Shown here in pieces: positions 14,594-28,701 of a stretch of 64,000 bases of DNA. The position numbers and the translations under genes were made by a program. The notes under the pieces are model-generated. The model was not told where the DNA came from. It did no database searches and was given only the letters and a program-made list of their open reading frames with translations. This DNA is from Monocercomonoides exilis PA203 (Eukaryota; Protista; Preaxostyla). The DNA lies in the NCBI GenBank assembly GCA_001643675.2, contig LSRY02000008.1, forward strand, positions 62,001-126,000, in the 5' to 3' direction. Position 1 is the stretch's first letter, and the number at the start of each line of letters is the position of its first letter.

Positions 14594-15559
14594 TTCCTAA
14601 TGATCATTTTCTTTTTTGTTAATGGAAATTGAAATTTTCCTTCATTCACACAAACTCATCGACGAGAATCTGTATGAAATCATTTCAACAAACAAATTGC
14701 TTTTCTTCTTGTCAAAGAGAAAAAATGTTTGTTTGTTTGTGATATTTGTATATTCATTCCGAAATTTGTTGATATATATAAACATATGTATATCAGAAGT
14801 TTCTTTATTTTTGTTTCTCCTCTTTAACTGTTATTGAATTTTTAAATGTTGTTATGTTGAAGTGATTGAGTTAAACATTTCGCCCTTTTGTTCTTTGATT
14901 GATATCTTCTGAAACCAGTCTCTTCTCTTTTCATCCACAATTTCTCACTTCACGCTCACTTCGATTTCTCTTTCCCAAAAACAGTGAAATCTAAAGGGAT
15001 ATCTCTTTTTGTTATTTTGTGTTTTCTCTTTGAATGTTTATTGAAAAATATTTAACATCAACAAGTTGGCTGAATTGTAATCGTACAATTATGTCAATTC
15101 CATTGAATTTCGAAAAAAAGTTCATTAACATTTTTTGGGCTTCGATTCTCAAACCTCCACCAAATTCTCTCTTTGCCAAATGCTGCAATGAAGGAAATTG
15201 GTGTTGAATCTCACAAATTGAAACCTGGAAGATTGACTTCTTTTGATGAGAACAGCCATCGCTTGAAGCTGTGCGAATGGGAATAGATGAAAAGTGGAGA
15301 TAGTTAGTGTAACGCTCTTCATGTTGAATGTAAAAATGCAAATCTCAGAATTTCATTGTGTTAATTTCACAATTGTTTTTGTTTAGAAAAAGAGTATGGA
15401 GGTGGAGTATTATTTTGCAGATATTTGGAAAATGTCAATTTCGCAAAATCAAATTTCACGAATTGTTCGGCTGCTCATGGAGGAGCAGTTCACACAATGT
15501 ATCCGCAAACGAATTCTGTTTGGACATTCTCAGAAAACAGAGTTTAAAGTTGTTCAATA

Positions 15560-16300
15560 ACAAACTATTGCGGAATTGGTTGGCACTTTTCCCTCTATTA
15601 CACACCATCAGATGCAAAATTCCTATTCAAAAGTTGCGTCTGCATTGCAAATACTGGCGGAGATGCGGCTGGTTCTTTAACATTTCGTTATCCTCCGAAT
15701 AACAAGCTCAACCTGTTTTTTGTTAATGACTGTCAATTCACAAATAACAAACTGACTGCTTCTTCCTCATTTGGAGGTGCCGCCATTTTTTTCTATTAAA
15801 CTTATTTTTGGATGAATAGAATGAAATTCATCTAATTCTGTTTCTTCGATGGCATCTCCGCAACAAATGGCAAAGGAAACGATGTGTTCTTCATGGCAAT
15901 GCAACACCCAATCTCCATTCCAGCAATGTGGATCAACAACAGAATCAAAAAGAGTCTGGAATGCAGGAACTGCTGATGATGTAGAGTACAACAGATGGCT
16001 TCCTCTCATAACAACATTCAAAATCGTGTCAAATAATGGAGCAAACACCGATCTCTGCGGAATCACACAGCTCATTCCATGCAAAACAATAGAATTCGCT
16101 CTTGTTCGCATGACAGATACCCAAGACGCCTCCCTCACTCTTCTTTCCTCAACATTTGTTCCCATTCAAACACTCACTTTCAGCGTAGCTGAAACAAAAA
16201 TCACTGGAAATGATAAACTTTCTCATAATTTTCACAACTATTTCTTCCAATTCTGATAATTTTCCATATCATGTATATATTCATGAACTTTCATATCACT
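15560..16300 (+). pseudogene. Remnant of a large surface/beta-helix-type protein gene
   Basis: Fragment NGANTDLCGITQLIPCKTIEFAL (CG...PCxTIxxA motif of parallel beta-helix surface proteins) amid frameshifts and stops. Confidence 0.4.
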
Positions 16301-17519
16301 TTCAACTGATGCACATATCATCGCTTATTTTTTCAAAAATCCTTAACGTCCTCTCAGAAATCTATATCTCTTCGATATTTCCTCATTTGACTTCTCTTCT
16401 TCATCCAATGAAAATGACGCTGCAGAAAAATTGATTCATTGCTCTCTTCTCTTCAAAATGTATTCATTCGATCAGAGCTGACAGTTTTTCAAAAACTTTT
16501 ATTTCCTCAACTTTCCGATTTCAACTTGCTTATATCCGATTCACTCTACTGCCTTATATAATTTTTCTTCAAATATGCCATTTCCTCTTAATTGCTTTTC
16601 TTCCTCGTTTCATTTTCAACTATTTGTTGTGATTTTGATGTTGTGAAATCTCTCAAAGATCATTTACATCATCGTTCGTTCTAAATAACGTCTTCTGCCC
16701 TGCTCCTTCTGTTTTCTGTGAATTCTTTCAATCAAAAAACGAAAAACCCAGAATTGATTCAGTTGTTGATAACGTGCAAACTTTTCTTTGCTTTGTGGAG
16801 AATCACTTCCGTCGAAATATAACTTCAGCTGATGTATCATCGAGAATAAGTATTTCTTTGTTTCTTTCAAGTTGCAACGAAGGATGAGGTGTGGCACTGA
16901 ACTCGATGAAAGTTGAATGAAATGAAAAAACAGTATCATTTTTGTTGTTCATTGAAGAAAGAGTTGATTTGAATGAAATGAATGAATTTATCCAAATTGC
17001 CTTTTTTCTTCGTTGGAGTCGTGATTGAAAAATGAAAAGAAAGCTCTTTTATCGATTGACTGAAGAGATGAAGGAAAGAAAATGAAATAATTTTCGGATT
17101 AATTTGGTGGCTCTGCCGAATTGAATGGTTTAATTGTGTTTGTAGTTCGATTCTCTGAACCAGCAGAAAGTGTTTAAAAAATGCGAAAATGAAAAAGATG
17201 AAGGCGAAGAGGGCAAGGTGATAGAAAATTCAATAAATAATCTGATCAAATTTGTGAGAAAATGATTCGAAGGCTTAATGTGATGGCGTTGATTAATGAA
17301 AATGTCGCATCTGAATCGTGCAGTTCAAGTTTGTTTGAAAATAGAAATCCAAATAATGTGCCTGATAATCTGCAATAAATCAACGAAGATTGACATCTGT
17401 TGCTAATTGGCAGAATTCGAATAACATTCTTGTCTTTTCCTTTTGAAACTGAAAATGATGTTTATCCTTTTGAGTTGACAACACAAACGAACATAACATT
17501 CTTTGAGGATATTGGAAAA

Positions 17520-17889
17520 CAAAACAAATGAAGAAGAAGGCAAAGAAGAGGAAAAAGAGGAAGAAGAGAAAGAGAAAGAGAAAGAGAAAGAGAAGAAGAA
17601 CGAGAAGAAGAGGAGAAAGAAGAAGAAGAGGAGAGAAAGAAGAAAGAAAAGAAGAGAAAGAAGAGAAAGAAAAGAAGAGAAAGAAGAGAAAGAGAATGAC
17701 AAGACATATTGCAAAAGTCTATGAATTCTAATAAAAATCCTATTTCTTCATTAAATTCCTCTTCTTCTTCCTCCTCCTTCTTCCTCTTCTTCTTCTTCCT
17801 CTTCCTCTTCCTCTTCCTCTTCCTCTTCCTCTTCCTCTTCCTCTTCCTCTTCCTCTTCCTCTTCCTCTTCCTCTTCTTCCTCTTCTTCC

Positions 17890-17920
<31 letters not shown>

Positions 17921-18005
17921 TCTTCTTCTTTTCTTCTTCTTCTCTCTTCTTCATTTCTTCTTCCTCTTTCTTTATTCTTTCCTCTTTCTCTTCTCTTCTC
18001 TTCCT
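17520..18005. repeat. Opposed low-complexity tracts: GAA/GAGAAA-rich (17520-17700) and (CTCTTC)n/(CTT)n (17757-18005)
   Basis: Direct reading; explains the spurious poly-E/K/R/F ORFs. Confidence 0.85.
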
Positions 18006-18029
18006 GATTCTGTTGCTCCATAAATCTGT

Positions 18030-21000
18030 CCCGTGACAATTTCTTTCGTTATTTTATTTTTTTTTCCTGTTCTCCTCTTTGCCATTCTCAGATCTCAATA
18101 TGTGTTCCTCCAAATGTTCATGAATCACTTTTCCTTTTTCAAAAGCCTCGATGAATGCTTCATTTCCAGCTCTCTTTCTGTGAATGTGAGTTTCTCGTTC
18201 ACATCTTTCACAACTTCAATTAGAAAATTGGCTATTGCTGGACCATCCTTCATCCTTTCCGCGTTTTTCATCTCTTTTTTTGGTCAATGCCTCATCGGCC
18301 TCCCTTCCCAAAAGCTCCTCTTCTTCCTCGTGTGGCTCATCCACCTCTTCTCATCTTCTGTGCGTGTTGAGCCAGATGTCCCATTAAGAGAGAAGGATGA
18401 AGAATTAGAAAAAGCTGATAATCAAAGGGGTGGTTTAAGTGGATGCTTCTTCTTCATCCGCTGATTCTGCATCTGATGAGCTTTCCTTGTCCCTCTGCGG
18501 GGCAGCTGGATAACAGCGAAGTTCTTGTCTTCCTTCTCTTTCTTCTCTTTTCAACTTCTCTTCTTTTTTGAATGAAAATGCAAAGAACAGTGTTAATCTT
18601 CAACTGGCTTGGCATGCTTTTCGCAGAAGTCTGAATGACACTCTTCTTCCCAGCTGTCACTTATCCCCTAACATTCATGCATCTTATGCAAATTGCCTTG
18701 ATGCCTCCGTTTTCAGCACTTCCTTTGCACTTCTCTATGTTTTTGACAACTCATCACGTCTCTTTCACCTCTTTCTGCATCTGTCAGCTTGGCTTCTCGT
18801 GTGTCCTGCTGTGTGATTGTGCATTCAAATAAATCGGCTGCTCAATCGCTTCGCTGTTTGCTTCGTCTGCTGCTCAATGAGCATGTCCACTTCATCTCCT
18901 GTTCGCTTTCTTTGTCTTCCTGTCGCTCTCCTCTGAACTCTCTTTCTCTTTTCTTTTGATCTTTTGGTGGCTGTTCATATGTTTGCAGGTTCCTTTCGTG
19001 GGATTTTTCTTCTTCTTTCTTCTTCTTCTTTCTTCTTCTGAAGCGATGTTTGTAATCTGATGCAATGAAAGACGATATCTCCAAAGGCTTCTCTTAATTC
19101 ATCTTTCTTTGCCTCTGGTATTTTGAACAGCCCTTCTTCTTCTTCTTTCTCCTTTCTTTTCATCTCCTTCTGCTCTTTGAACTTCTTCATCGCTCAACTG
19201 TCTTCTGTCTAATTGATCTGAATGTTGGCTTTGCATTTCCCTCTCTTCTTTCTCTTCTTCTTTGACTTTTTCCTTTTCTTCATCAACTTCATTTTCCGGT
19301 TTCTCTATTTTCTCATCATTTTTTCCTGCTTCTTCTTCTTCTGGCTCTTTCTTTTCTTCATTCACTTCAACTTTTTCTTCTTCAGTTTTTTTTGTTCTTC
19401 TTTCTTTTCTTCTTTCTCTTCTTCAGAGACTTGTCTCTCCTCTTCTTCTTCTTTTTCTTCTTCTTTTTCTTCTTCTTATTCTTATTCTTTTTTTCCAACT
19501 CTGAATCGTGCTATTTCTCTTTATCTTTCAAACCATCATAAACTCAGTCATCATCTCATCTCAATCTTTGCCATCTTCCTTCTCTTGAACCCCAATTCAC
19601 TTGGAATGTCTTCAATGCTTCTTTCAATGCAATGGATGGGTGGCAGACGAGGAAAGTTCAGTTTGGCAGACACAGAAGAAGATTAAATGATTAAGAGAGA
19701 GAACATCTTCAGAGCAAACAGCTCATCCACACGCACATTGCAGCTGGGGGTGAGAGATGGATAACACAATGAATGAAGACTTTTGGGGTTGGATGAAGGG
19801 CAAGAGGAGAATGAGGAAGATGAAGAAGAAGTTGATGAACAAGAAGAAGGAGAAGATGTGTTGGAGGAGAATGAAGAAGGTGTTGATATGATTGGCAATT
19901 GAGATGAAAGTGAGGAAGAGGAAGAAGAAGATGATGATGATGTTGGCGAAGCAAATGGAGGGTGATCATGAAGGTGAATGTGAAAGAGGAAGAATCTCTT
20001 CTTCTCCTGGTTCTGCTTCTGGTTCTGTTTGTTGCTCTGCTGCAGAACAGCTCGCTGAAGAGCATTCCTTTTCATCACTCAAAACACTTTCTGTCGAAGT
20101 GGCTGAAGCTGACATTGACAAGCTCCGATTCTTCCATTTCTTCTTGCGTCTTCAATTTCCATCTCCTCTTTTTTTTTCCTTTCCCTAAAAATCTGTCATT
20201 TTTCTCTTTCTCTCTCTTTCTCTCTCCTTCCCTCTCCGCCTTTGCAGATGGTCCTGCTCCTCTCTTTCCAATCCCCTTCTTTCAACAAGCTTCTCATCCA
20301 TTCAGCGTGTACCATCCCCAATCGACTGCACGTGCCATTTCTCTCCAAATGGAAGAGAGCGAAGATATGTTGCAGCTTTCACTCAGACCGTTGATGCTCC
20401 GCTTCCAAAAAAAGAAAGAAAAAAGACACATTTGCTTTCTTGTTGGGAAAGTGGAGTGAAGAAGCGGAACCTTGTCGAGCAGACAACCAATGGCGATGAT
20501 GCAACTTCACACAAAAGAATTGTTGGAAAGAACAAAAATCCAAAAAGAGACAAATAAAAAATGAAAGCAGATTGTGAAACGGAAACAAAAAATAAATATC
20601 TTCAAAATTCAGACCATTTTGAGAAAAGAAAAAGTTGCTGAACAACACACACAAACAAACAAGCAAACAAACCTCTCACGCAATGGCAATGACGCACCAT
20701 TCATATGAGCATTTCCGATTCCAGGAACAAACGGAAAAGCCACTGGCTTGTCGCCTTTGTGAATTATTCATGAATCGATTTCTTTTTTAAAAAATAAAAA
20801 TGTTATCCTCTTCAAAGACACAATATCGCTTCCCATACGAGGATGGACAATCGACAAAGTGGAAATGGAGGAGACACATTTGTCGGTGCAGTCTTCCAAA
20901 AAGAGAATAAAATCAGAATTGCATGAACAAAATCATTTCTTCTTTCATGAAATCCAACTCCCTCCTTCGCTTGCTTCGTTCCATCTGCCCATTGCAAAAT

Positions 21001-21070
21001 AAAATATTCTTCGCTTCTGGAAGCGCGGATAAGAAACACCCGAAATGCAAATTGTTCAAACATTCATTTC
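18030..21070 (-). pseudogene. Decayed Glu/Lys/Ser-rich gene on the minus strand
   Basis: Successive minus-strand ORF fragments (18842, 18975, 19099, 19683) with acidic coiled-coil and poly-Ser content. No domain recognised; boundaries approximate. Confidence 0.35.
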
Positions 21071-22007
21071 GCAAAAAGAGAAAAATCACAAATGGAAATA
21101 AAAAAATCTGGCTTTTTTATTTAAAAAATGCATACACATCTGAAACACATTGAATTAGGCATTTTGTGAAATTTTATGTTGGCCTTTGCAATTTGCAACG
21201 AGGCCTGTGCGATTGAATGCTTCAAAATCTGTTCGAGAACAAAATGTTTTTCAAGCGCGCTTGACAATTGCTTGACGCAGATAAAGTTATCTCCCCAGTT
21301 CCATTTTGAATTCGCACAAAGAACTGTTGCTCAATCCCACAAAAAACGAATCGAATAATTGGATCAAAACCAAATCAAAATTACAGAATCTTTTTTTTTT
21401 TTTTTTAAATTGTTTGCAGAATGTTTTTGAGAGACAACAACAAATTCATATAAAAAAAGTTAAAAAAAAAAAAAACAGAAATAAAATGAAATCAAATCAA
21501 TAAATTTTTTTTTTGCTTTTGTCCTCACAAATAAGCAAGTTGGACTCAACTTCAAAAAAGCGAAATGCTCTTGAAAACTCACAACAATGTCTTCAAATCC
21601 TTCTTCCTCAAGTCTATCATTCAATCCGTTACATTGTTTTCAATATATTTTATCAATTGACTTTTTCATTTTTTTCTGACTCAAATTTCTTGAAAAATAT
21701 GATGTGAGATAAATTATAATGATGAAAACATTCGAATTGTTTATTTTGAATGTTTTTTTAAATAAAAATACACATTACACAATGCATAATTGTTGTCAAA
21801 TTATTCTCACTTTTCATGAGAAACAAACTGAATTGTGATGAAAGAGATTTTTCGATAATAAACTACTCAATGGAATGAAAAATAGAAAAAATATTTCTTA
21901 TGTTTTTGATTGGAAAGGAAGAAGCTTGTGAACAAAAACTTAAAAAACAGTAAATTTCGCACATGCATTTTGAAGTGTTAAAATTTCCAGCAACATGCAA
22001 ATTTTAG

Positions 22008-22378
22008 GAGATACAGATATATCACAAAATACCGGACAAGATCGATTTCACAACAACCGCTAGAAGAAAAATTCTGACAATTTTCCTCAAAATACATCTC
22101 ATCAATACAAACTCACATGGCATACAAGACTTTCAAAATAACTTCATATGTGCTCGGAAAAAATTGTTATTTAATTCTCGGAGAAACTCAAAATCCTATT
22201 TCTCCGAAATTTCAAATAATAATTTTTTCAATATTCAGTCTTCATGAAAATGGAAGTTTTACATGCCAAATGAGTTTGTATTGATGAGATATGTTTTGAG
22301 GAAAATTGTCACAGTTAGACCTCTTGCAGTTATTGTGAAATCGATCTTGTCCGGTATTTTATGCGATATCTGTATTTC
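22008..22378. mobile_element. 371-bp fold-back/MITE-like element, palindromic nearly end to end
   Basis: Left AAAATACCGGACAAGATCGATTTCACAA...TGACAATTTTCCTCAAAA...CTCATCAATACAAACTCA pairs with right TGAGTTTGTATTGATGAG...TTTTGAGGAAAATTGTCA...TTGTGAAATCGATCTTGTCCGGTATTTT. Inner TCGGAGAAA/TTTCTCCGA also pairs; centre about 22193. Confidence 0.8.
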
Positions 22379-23670
22379 AGTTTTGTTTCAAATTTTCATA
22401 ACTTGAAAAGAAATGAAAACTAAATATATTAATTTGCAGAATAAACATTAATTACAAATTCCTTTGTTTTTCCATTTCTGTTCAATTTTGATTCTTCAGA
22501 AACGGAAATTTAATAATGAAAAAAAAAAAGAAATAATGAGAAAAATGCAATTTGCATCAACCATATTTGTAACATTAATGTTTCACTAAGGCTGACAATT
22601 GCACGAATATTCAATTACTTTCTATGCTTTATTCATTTGTTCATCAGTTCATTTTCCATGCAAATAATCATAAAAATAATGACTTCTGCTTTTGAAATGA
22701 AAAATTCAATGGAGTTGTGCAGTATTTTGAAGACAATCAATTCCTGATTCAAAAAACATCGAGTTTTACACAAATTTTTGTTACAATTAATGCTTTATTA
22801 CCATTTATAATATAGCTTTATACAGAAAAACAATTTGATTGTTTATCGATAATAGTTATTTAAGAAAAATTATTTTTCACGAAGGGATATTCTTTTAAAT
22901 TTTTCTTCTGTCAATTTTTCAACCTTTGATTTTTTCAAAGCTGTGTGATTGTTCTTTTTATCACAACTTTTTTTGGGGTGATAACTTTTCTTGATTGCTT
23001 GTCATAGGAAAGAGATTTCAAATTCAAATTCTCAATTCATCGTGACAGTTACAAAAATAAATGTGCGAGCTGAAATAAAGACGAATATCTCTTGAATATG
23101 CTTGTTCTCTTTTCAGTGTTCATTTTCCAATATTCAAAAAATATTTTTGAATCGATAATTATGAATCAAAAAATATGGGACAAAATGTTTGACTTCAGGC
23201 ATTTTCATTGAAAAATTATGCACTTTTGATAGACTATTTGTGATCAAAAAATTAGAAAAAAATGTGTTTATTTTTTGAAATACATGTGATGTCACACAAT
23301 ATGATGTTATTATATCAATGATATTTGCTTGCAGATATGAAAATCAAATTTATTTTGAAATCTGATTAAGTTTAAAAATGATATAAGTGAAACATTTTTT
23401 CAAACTTTGTGCATAAAAAGCTTGAAAGTCCATATTTTCCCCCATATATTTTTTATAATAATCACCCAACTGAATAATTAGCACGATGTCTAAATTGAAA
23501 TATTAAATGAAAATTAATAACAAATTATCAATGATTGTTGACAAATCCAAAAACAATATATTTTCGATCTTACAATATCCAATGACTGTTTACGGAAAAA
23601 TTTGAAAGAAAAAATGCATAAACAAATAAATACTCATTAAGGCTATAATGTGACAAAAGATGATATCAAT

Positions 23671-26606
23671 TAAACATCTGCGTCACCTTCAAAAATGTCA
23701 GTCCACGTCAGTCAGTGCCAGACACTTTTTTTTTTAGTTCAGTTTTGTTTTATTTAACTATTTGAAAACAAAATATGGCTCAGAATAAAACTTTTACGAA
23801 AAAATTATTTTATTGAAAAAAAAATTTCAATCCTGTTTTCAACAACAAACCTTAATGAAATGTTATTTCATCTTAGTTCTTTTTTTCTCTTTCACAAAAG
23901 CTATAACTTTCAGTTCAAATAAACAAATTAATTGCTCAATTTGTTTGTTAATGTTTTAGAAAAATTGTTTTCTTTTTTGCATTTTCATTAATGAATATAT
24001 TTGAAAAGAATAAAACTTGATTGCATTTTTATGTACAAAAAAATTTTAATCTTCAATAGACATCTTTCATGATCTTTAATAATGTTTTTATCATTTTCTA
24101 TAGAAAATTTTATTCTTTTTATTTTGAATAGTTTGTTTTATCAAGAAAAACCATTTTCTGGTAATTTTTGAATAAAGTTTAATCAAGGAATAATAACCAA
24201 TGAATATGAAAGAAATTCTTTTCTTTTTGTGTATATGTTCTAATAAAAAATAATAAAGACAAATAAAATAAAAGATTGTTTCATTTTTTTCCTTTTTTTC
24301 TCTTTGCAAAAGGCAAAAAAGCATGCTAAGCATGCGAAAACACATCAAACTGTCTTCAACTCCTAGCACAAAAACAACTAAAGCAAAAACTGAAGAGCGA
24401 AAGAAAAACTTTGATCCAAAAATATCCATTTTCAATAGCAAACAAAAATTCCATGAAAAAGTGGTCAGAAATTATTTCAAAAAATTTCTGTTGAACAAAA
24501 ATATCAGGAACCACAGCCATTGTAATTTCTATAATTATTCAATCTATAATAATAATATTGGCAAGACCATACACAATCAATTCTTCTGTAAACCTTTGGC
24601 ATCCATTTTTATTCACCTCACCCTCTCGAATTCTTTTCCTCCGGTGCCCCACATCTTTTGGCTCCTTATCCCCATCTCCATCCACTTCTTCTTCTCTTTT
24701 TTTCCCATCTTTCCACCTTCTCCGCAAATTGAAAATTGCCCTCGTTGCCTCTTCCTTCTTAACCTTTTCTTCTTTTCCCTTTTCTTTTTCCCGTCTCTTC
24801 GTTTCCTTTTCTTTTTCACGTCAAATAATTTCCTTCTCATCATCCTCCTCTGCCATTCTTCGCTCTTCTGCTTTTTTCAGTTTCATATTTGGATTCTGTC
24901 TTTGCTTCTTCTCCTCTCCTCCTCATCTCTTTCAACTCTTCCAGCTCTTCTCGTTCTCGCTGCGCTCTCTCTTCTGCATCAACAACCCACTCCTCCCCCA
25001 TCGCTTCTTCTTCCTCTTCCTTCATCCTCTTTCTCTCCTCCTCTTCTCTCTTTTATTTCTCATGCTCAACGCCAGCAGTACCATCTTTGCTGCCAACTCC
25101 TCCAATCACGCTTCCACACTAGCGCAACTACAACCCCTTCTTCCTGACACTGAACTGCCTCTGCAGCTGTCCGATCCTCTTCTATCCTTCTCCTCGTCCC
25201 GCACTGATGCCTCTTCCTCAACACGCTCCCCCTTCATCCTCCTTCATTTTCTTTTCTTCTTGCCTCCTCTCCTCTTCCATCCTCTGTGCATGCTCTGGCT
25301 CCCTCATTCACATGTTTCGCTCGTTTTCCCTCTCTTCATGATTCTTCCTCTTTTTTCTCCCCTCCTGCCCTCACCTCTCGTTCCTCGCTTAATCGCTTCT
25401 TAACAAACAGCTCCTCGCTCGAATACATCACCCGCTCCGAGACCTCACTTTTTGTTCTGCTCTCCTTAATCGCCTCTCATTCTATCCTCCAATACACAAG
25501 CCGCTCTGTGTTCTGCCCTAAAAACTTGAAGTGGTATTTCCTTAATCGCACAATCCTGTATGCCCCGTTCACAATTGTCTAAGAGACAGCCCGCACTACC
25601 GTAACTCCCTCATTACAAACTCCAGCCGCATCTGCAACCCGCTGCTTGTTCTTTCGAAGTTCAAAAGCAAAGAACAGAAAAACACTCCTAATGCGCATGC
25701 TGTGATCCCATCCTGCATTTCCAACCACACTTATAAAGCAAGCATTCCACTCACTGCTGAACTTGTTTCCTAGACATTCACCCTTCACCATCTGATCTCT
25801 TCCTGTTTCTCTAGCTTTGCACTATAGTTCTCACCATAAACTCCTCAACCACCCACACATCCCCCATTCTTCCCCAATCTCCTTTTCCCATTTTCAAACA
25901 TCATAAAAAAACACCAGTAACTGCAACTCCATCACCACAACCAACCCTGCCACTGTTCTGCTCTTTCCAACATCCACTTCCCGCTGTCAAACACCCACCA
26001 CGCAACGCTCATTCCCACATGCGCAATCCACCTCTTTCAGCCATTCATATCTTTCGCCTAACCTCTCAACTCCTGCCATTGTAAAAGTTCTAATAAGCGC
26101 ATCTTTTGTCTGCTTCATATAAACACGAAGAACACGCTTTAATGATTGAAATAAGTAAGAAAAAATTTAAGAAAAATTGAAAAAATAAAAATAATTCAAA
26201 AACAATAAACAAAAGAATTTAAACAAGTTGAAAACTTTAATATAACATACAAACAAGTTAAACCCCAAACATCTGAAAAAATGGACTATTGACTTAATTC
26301 ACGTCTGTGACAGGCAGTGACGTGAGTGCCGCGGTATTTATACAATAAAAATGATCACGACACAACCCATTATGCAATTAATATTTGAAAATGAATTTCA
26401 AAGAAAAAAAATAACTATTAATATAAACAAAATCATATAAAAAAAATTAAAATATATATTTATTGCTCTTTTTAATTTTAATTTTTCATTTTTTTTTTTT
26501 TTGCATATGTGAAATTCAAAAAAATCGAGTGAAAAAAAGTTTTTTTCTGTCACGTCATGTCACTCCAAAAATGTTCACGTCAAAAGGCATGTGATGCAGA
26601 TGTTTA
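23671..26606. mobile_element. 2936-bp non-autonomous DNA transposon with 16-bp TIRs and 8-bp TSD (hAT-like geometry)
   Basis: Left TIR TAAACATCTGCGTCAC (23671-23686), right GTGATGCAGATGTTTA (26591-26606), 15/16 match. Flanking direct repeat ATATCAAT at 23663-23670 and 26607-26614. GTCA/TGAC motif clusters near both ends. Confidence 0.85.
24600..26118 (-). pseudogene. Decayed cargo gene inside the TIR element
   Basis: Minus strand reads MKQTKDALIRTFTMAGVERLGERYEW...MVKGECLGNKFSSEWNACF...YRIVRLRKYHFKFLG, then an E/K/R-rich tail, with several stops. No DDE motif seen. Confidence 0.4.
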
Positions 26607-28461
26607 ATATCAATAACAATGGATGTGATTTGATCGGGTTTTGAAAGAACTCATGAGGAAATTTAATAATGTTTCAATGAGAATTGTGAGTGAAATGACA
26701 AATTTTCACTCCAAAAAGAGCTCATGAAAAGAAAAGTTAACGAGAGATCAGCTTTAGGATATTTCTGACGGAATCATAAACATCCATTTTATTACTGAAA
26801 ATAGTTATAAAATATTACTCAAAGTATTTTCAGTAATGTTATTATGGTTAAGCAGATCGAATGAAATATTTTGAGCTGGAATGACAACTGGCTGAGTGCG
26901 AGATAAGTCAGTGAATATTTTCTGCAAAAATGATGATAATATTTTGTGAGATGGTATGAGACAGCAACAGCGAATCACTGATGAAAGAACGAACAAGATG
27001 ATTTTTATGAAAAGCATCTTTGGAGAAAATACGGCAATTTGTGTGCTGAAAGAATAAGTATTTTTGAGTTAACTTTTTTTATTGTTCCATTCATTAAAAA
27101 GATATTTCCATTTGTTGCCTTCTCAGAATGCAAGGACCCGACTTTTTATTTAAGTTTAGAAGCCTTTAACAGTTCTGAGCAGTATATGGAGTTTGGAAGG
27201 AGGGAACAAATGACTTTTGTACATGCATGACAGGAGCTTTAATGAACTTAATTCTTGATAAAAACCTTCCCGTTTTGAGATAAAACGGATGAAAAATTGA
27301 ATTTAGCAATTTACAGAAAAGCTGGAAATGGATGTATTTTGGAAAGAAATGGATGGATATTGAAACATCTTGAATTATTATGAATATTGAAGAAATATTG
27401 AAAAACGATTGGATTTGATGATGGTTTGTTGGGAAAAACGAACATTGCAGATACTAAATATTTATTGAAACTGATCAAAAAATTCGCTTTGAAAGTTTGT
27501 TAAATTTATAATTTTTATAAGAATTTTTCAATCGATTTTTTGATGCGGGATGTTGAAATAACGAAAGATTGGATGGATTTGAAGAAGAAGAAAGAAAACA
27601 GTGAAGGAAAAAGCAAATGGGAAGATTGATGAAATTCAAGATATTACAGAGATGCATATCATTGGGCTTTGGAAAAGGCTGCTTTTGAGAAAAGAAGATT
27701 ATTTTAAATGTGAAAGAAGTGAAGGGAAAGAGGAGGAGATGAAATGAAAAACGAGGAAAAGAAAAATTTTCATTTGTAACCTTTTTTTTGTTGGAAAGAA
27801 AAAAGGATTGAACAAAAAGTGTGAAGGATTCAAAGGCTGCTCATTGCGCGAAGAATGCACAGAAACAAAAGATTAGAGCACGAAGATAAGAATTTCACAA
27901 TGTTTCTCTATTTATTTGCTGTTCCTTTCTTCAAATGAAGATATTCAATCATTGTTATCATCATCATCGTCTATATCTTCTTCTTCTTTCTTCTTCCTTC
28001 TCTCTTCTTCCTTCTCTCTTCTTCCTTCTTCACCAGAAACCTGAAATTGTCCATTAACAACACTCATCATTCTTCTCTTTTCTTATCTTTCGATTCATTC
28101 TTCGTCAACAAACAAATACGCAGAATTCCATTTTACCTTCATATATTTCTCCGCGTTTCACCATATTTCTCCGAAACTTCTTCAAATCTTCTTTTCAACT
28201 CAAAACGATATCTTCTCTTCATCGTCGTTATTCTCCTCCTTTTTCTCTTCCTTTTTCTTTGTCTTCTTCTTCTTCTTCTTCTTCTTCTTCCTCTTCCTCT
28301 TTTTTTTTCTTTGTCTTTCTTTTCATTTTCATCTTTTTGATAATCATCTCATTTTCACAACTAATTTTTCAACTCTCACTTCTCATTCTGAATGATGTTG
28401 GGTGTCGCATTCTTTTCCTGTCCACTTCCTCTGAACATTCGCATTCAACATTAAAACATCT

Positions 28462-28701
28462 GTCAAAATTTTTTTGAAAAGTTCCTTTTGTTTAATTTTC
28501 AAATAAAGAAAAAATTTTATATTTCGATAAAATTTCTGTTCCCACTTACGAAACTTCACTTTGAATAAAATAATAACATTGTCAAGATTGTGTTTTCATG
28601 ACAGCAAAATTTGGTGAGTGGGAACAGAAATTTGATCGAAATATGAAAATTTAATTTTATTTGAAAATGAAACAAACGGAACTTTTCAAAAAAATTTAGA
28701 C
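28462..28701. mobile_element. 240-bp MITE with about 88-bp TIRs and probable 4-bp TSD (ATCT)
   Basis: GTCAAAATTTTTTTGAAAAGTTCC...AATTTCTGTTCCCACT pairs with AGTGGGAACAGAAATT...GGAACTTTTCAAAAAAATTTAGAC. ATCT on both sides (28458-28461, 28702-28705). Confidence 0.75.

Noticed and set aside
24323-25403. 274-aa and 281-aa Phe/Leu/Ser-rich plus-strand ORFs as membrane proteins
   Set aside because: Antisense shadows of a purine-rich minus-strand coding remnant; pyrimidine-rich DNA lacks stops.
23670-26607. TTAA target site (piggyBac/Kolobok) for the 2.9-kb element
   Set aside because: The exact 8-bp ATATCAAT duplication flanking TAAAC...GTTTA ends is a more specific explanation; termini are not piggyBac-like.
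26620-27700. Possible decayed gene right of the TIR element
   Set aside because: No sustained frame or motif could be identified.
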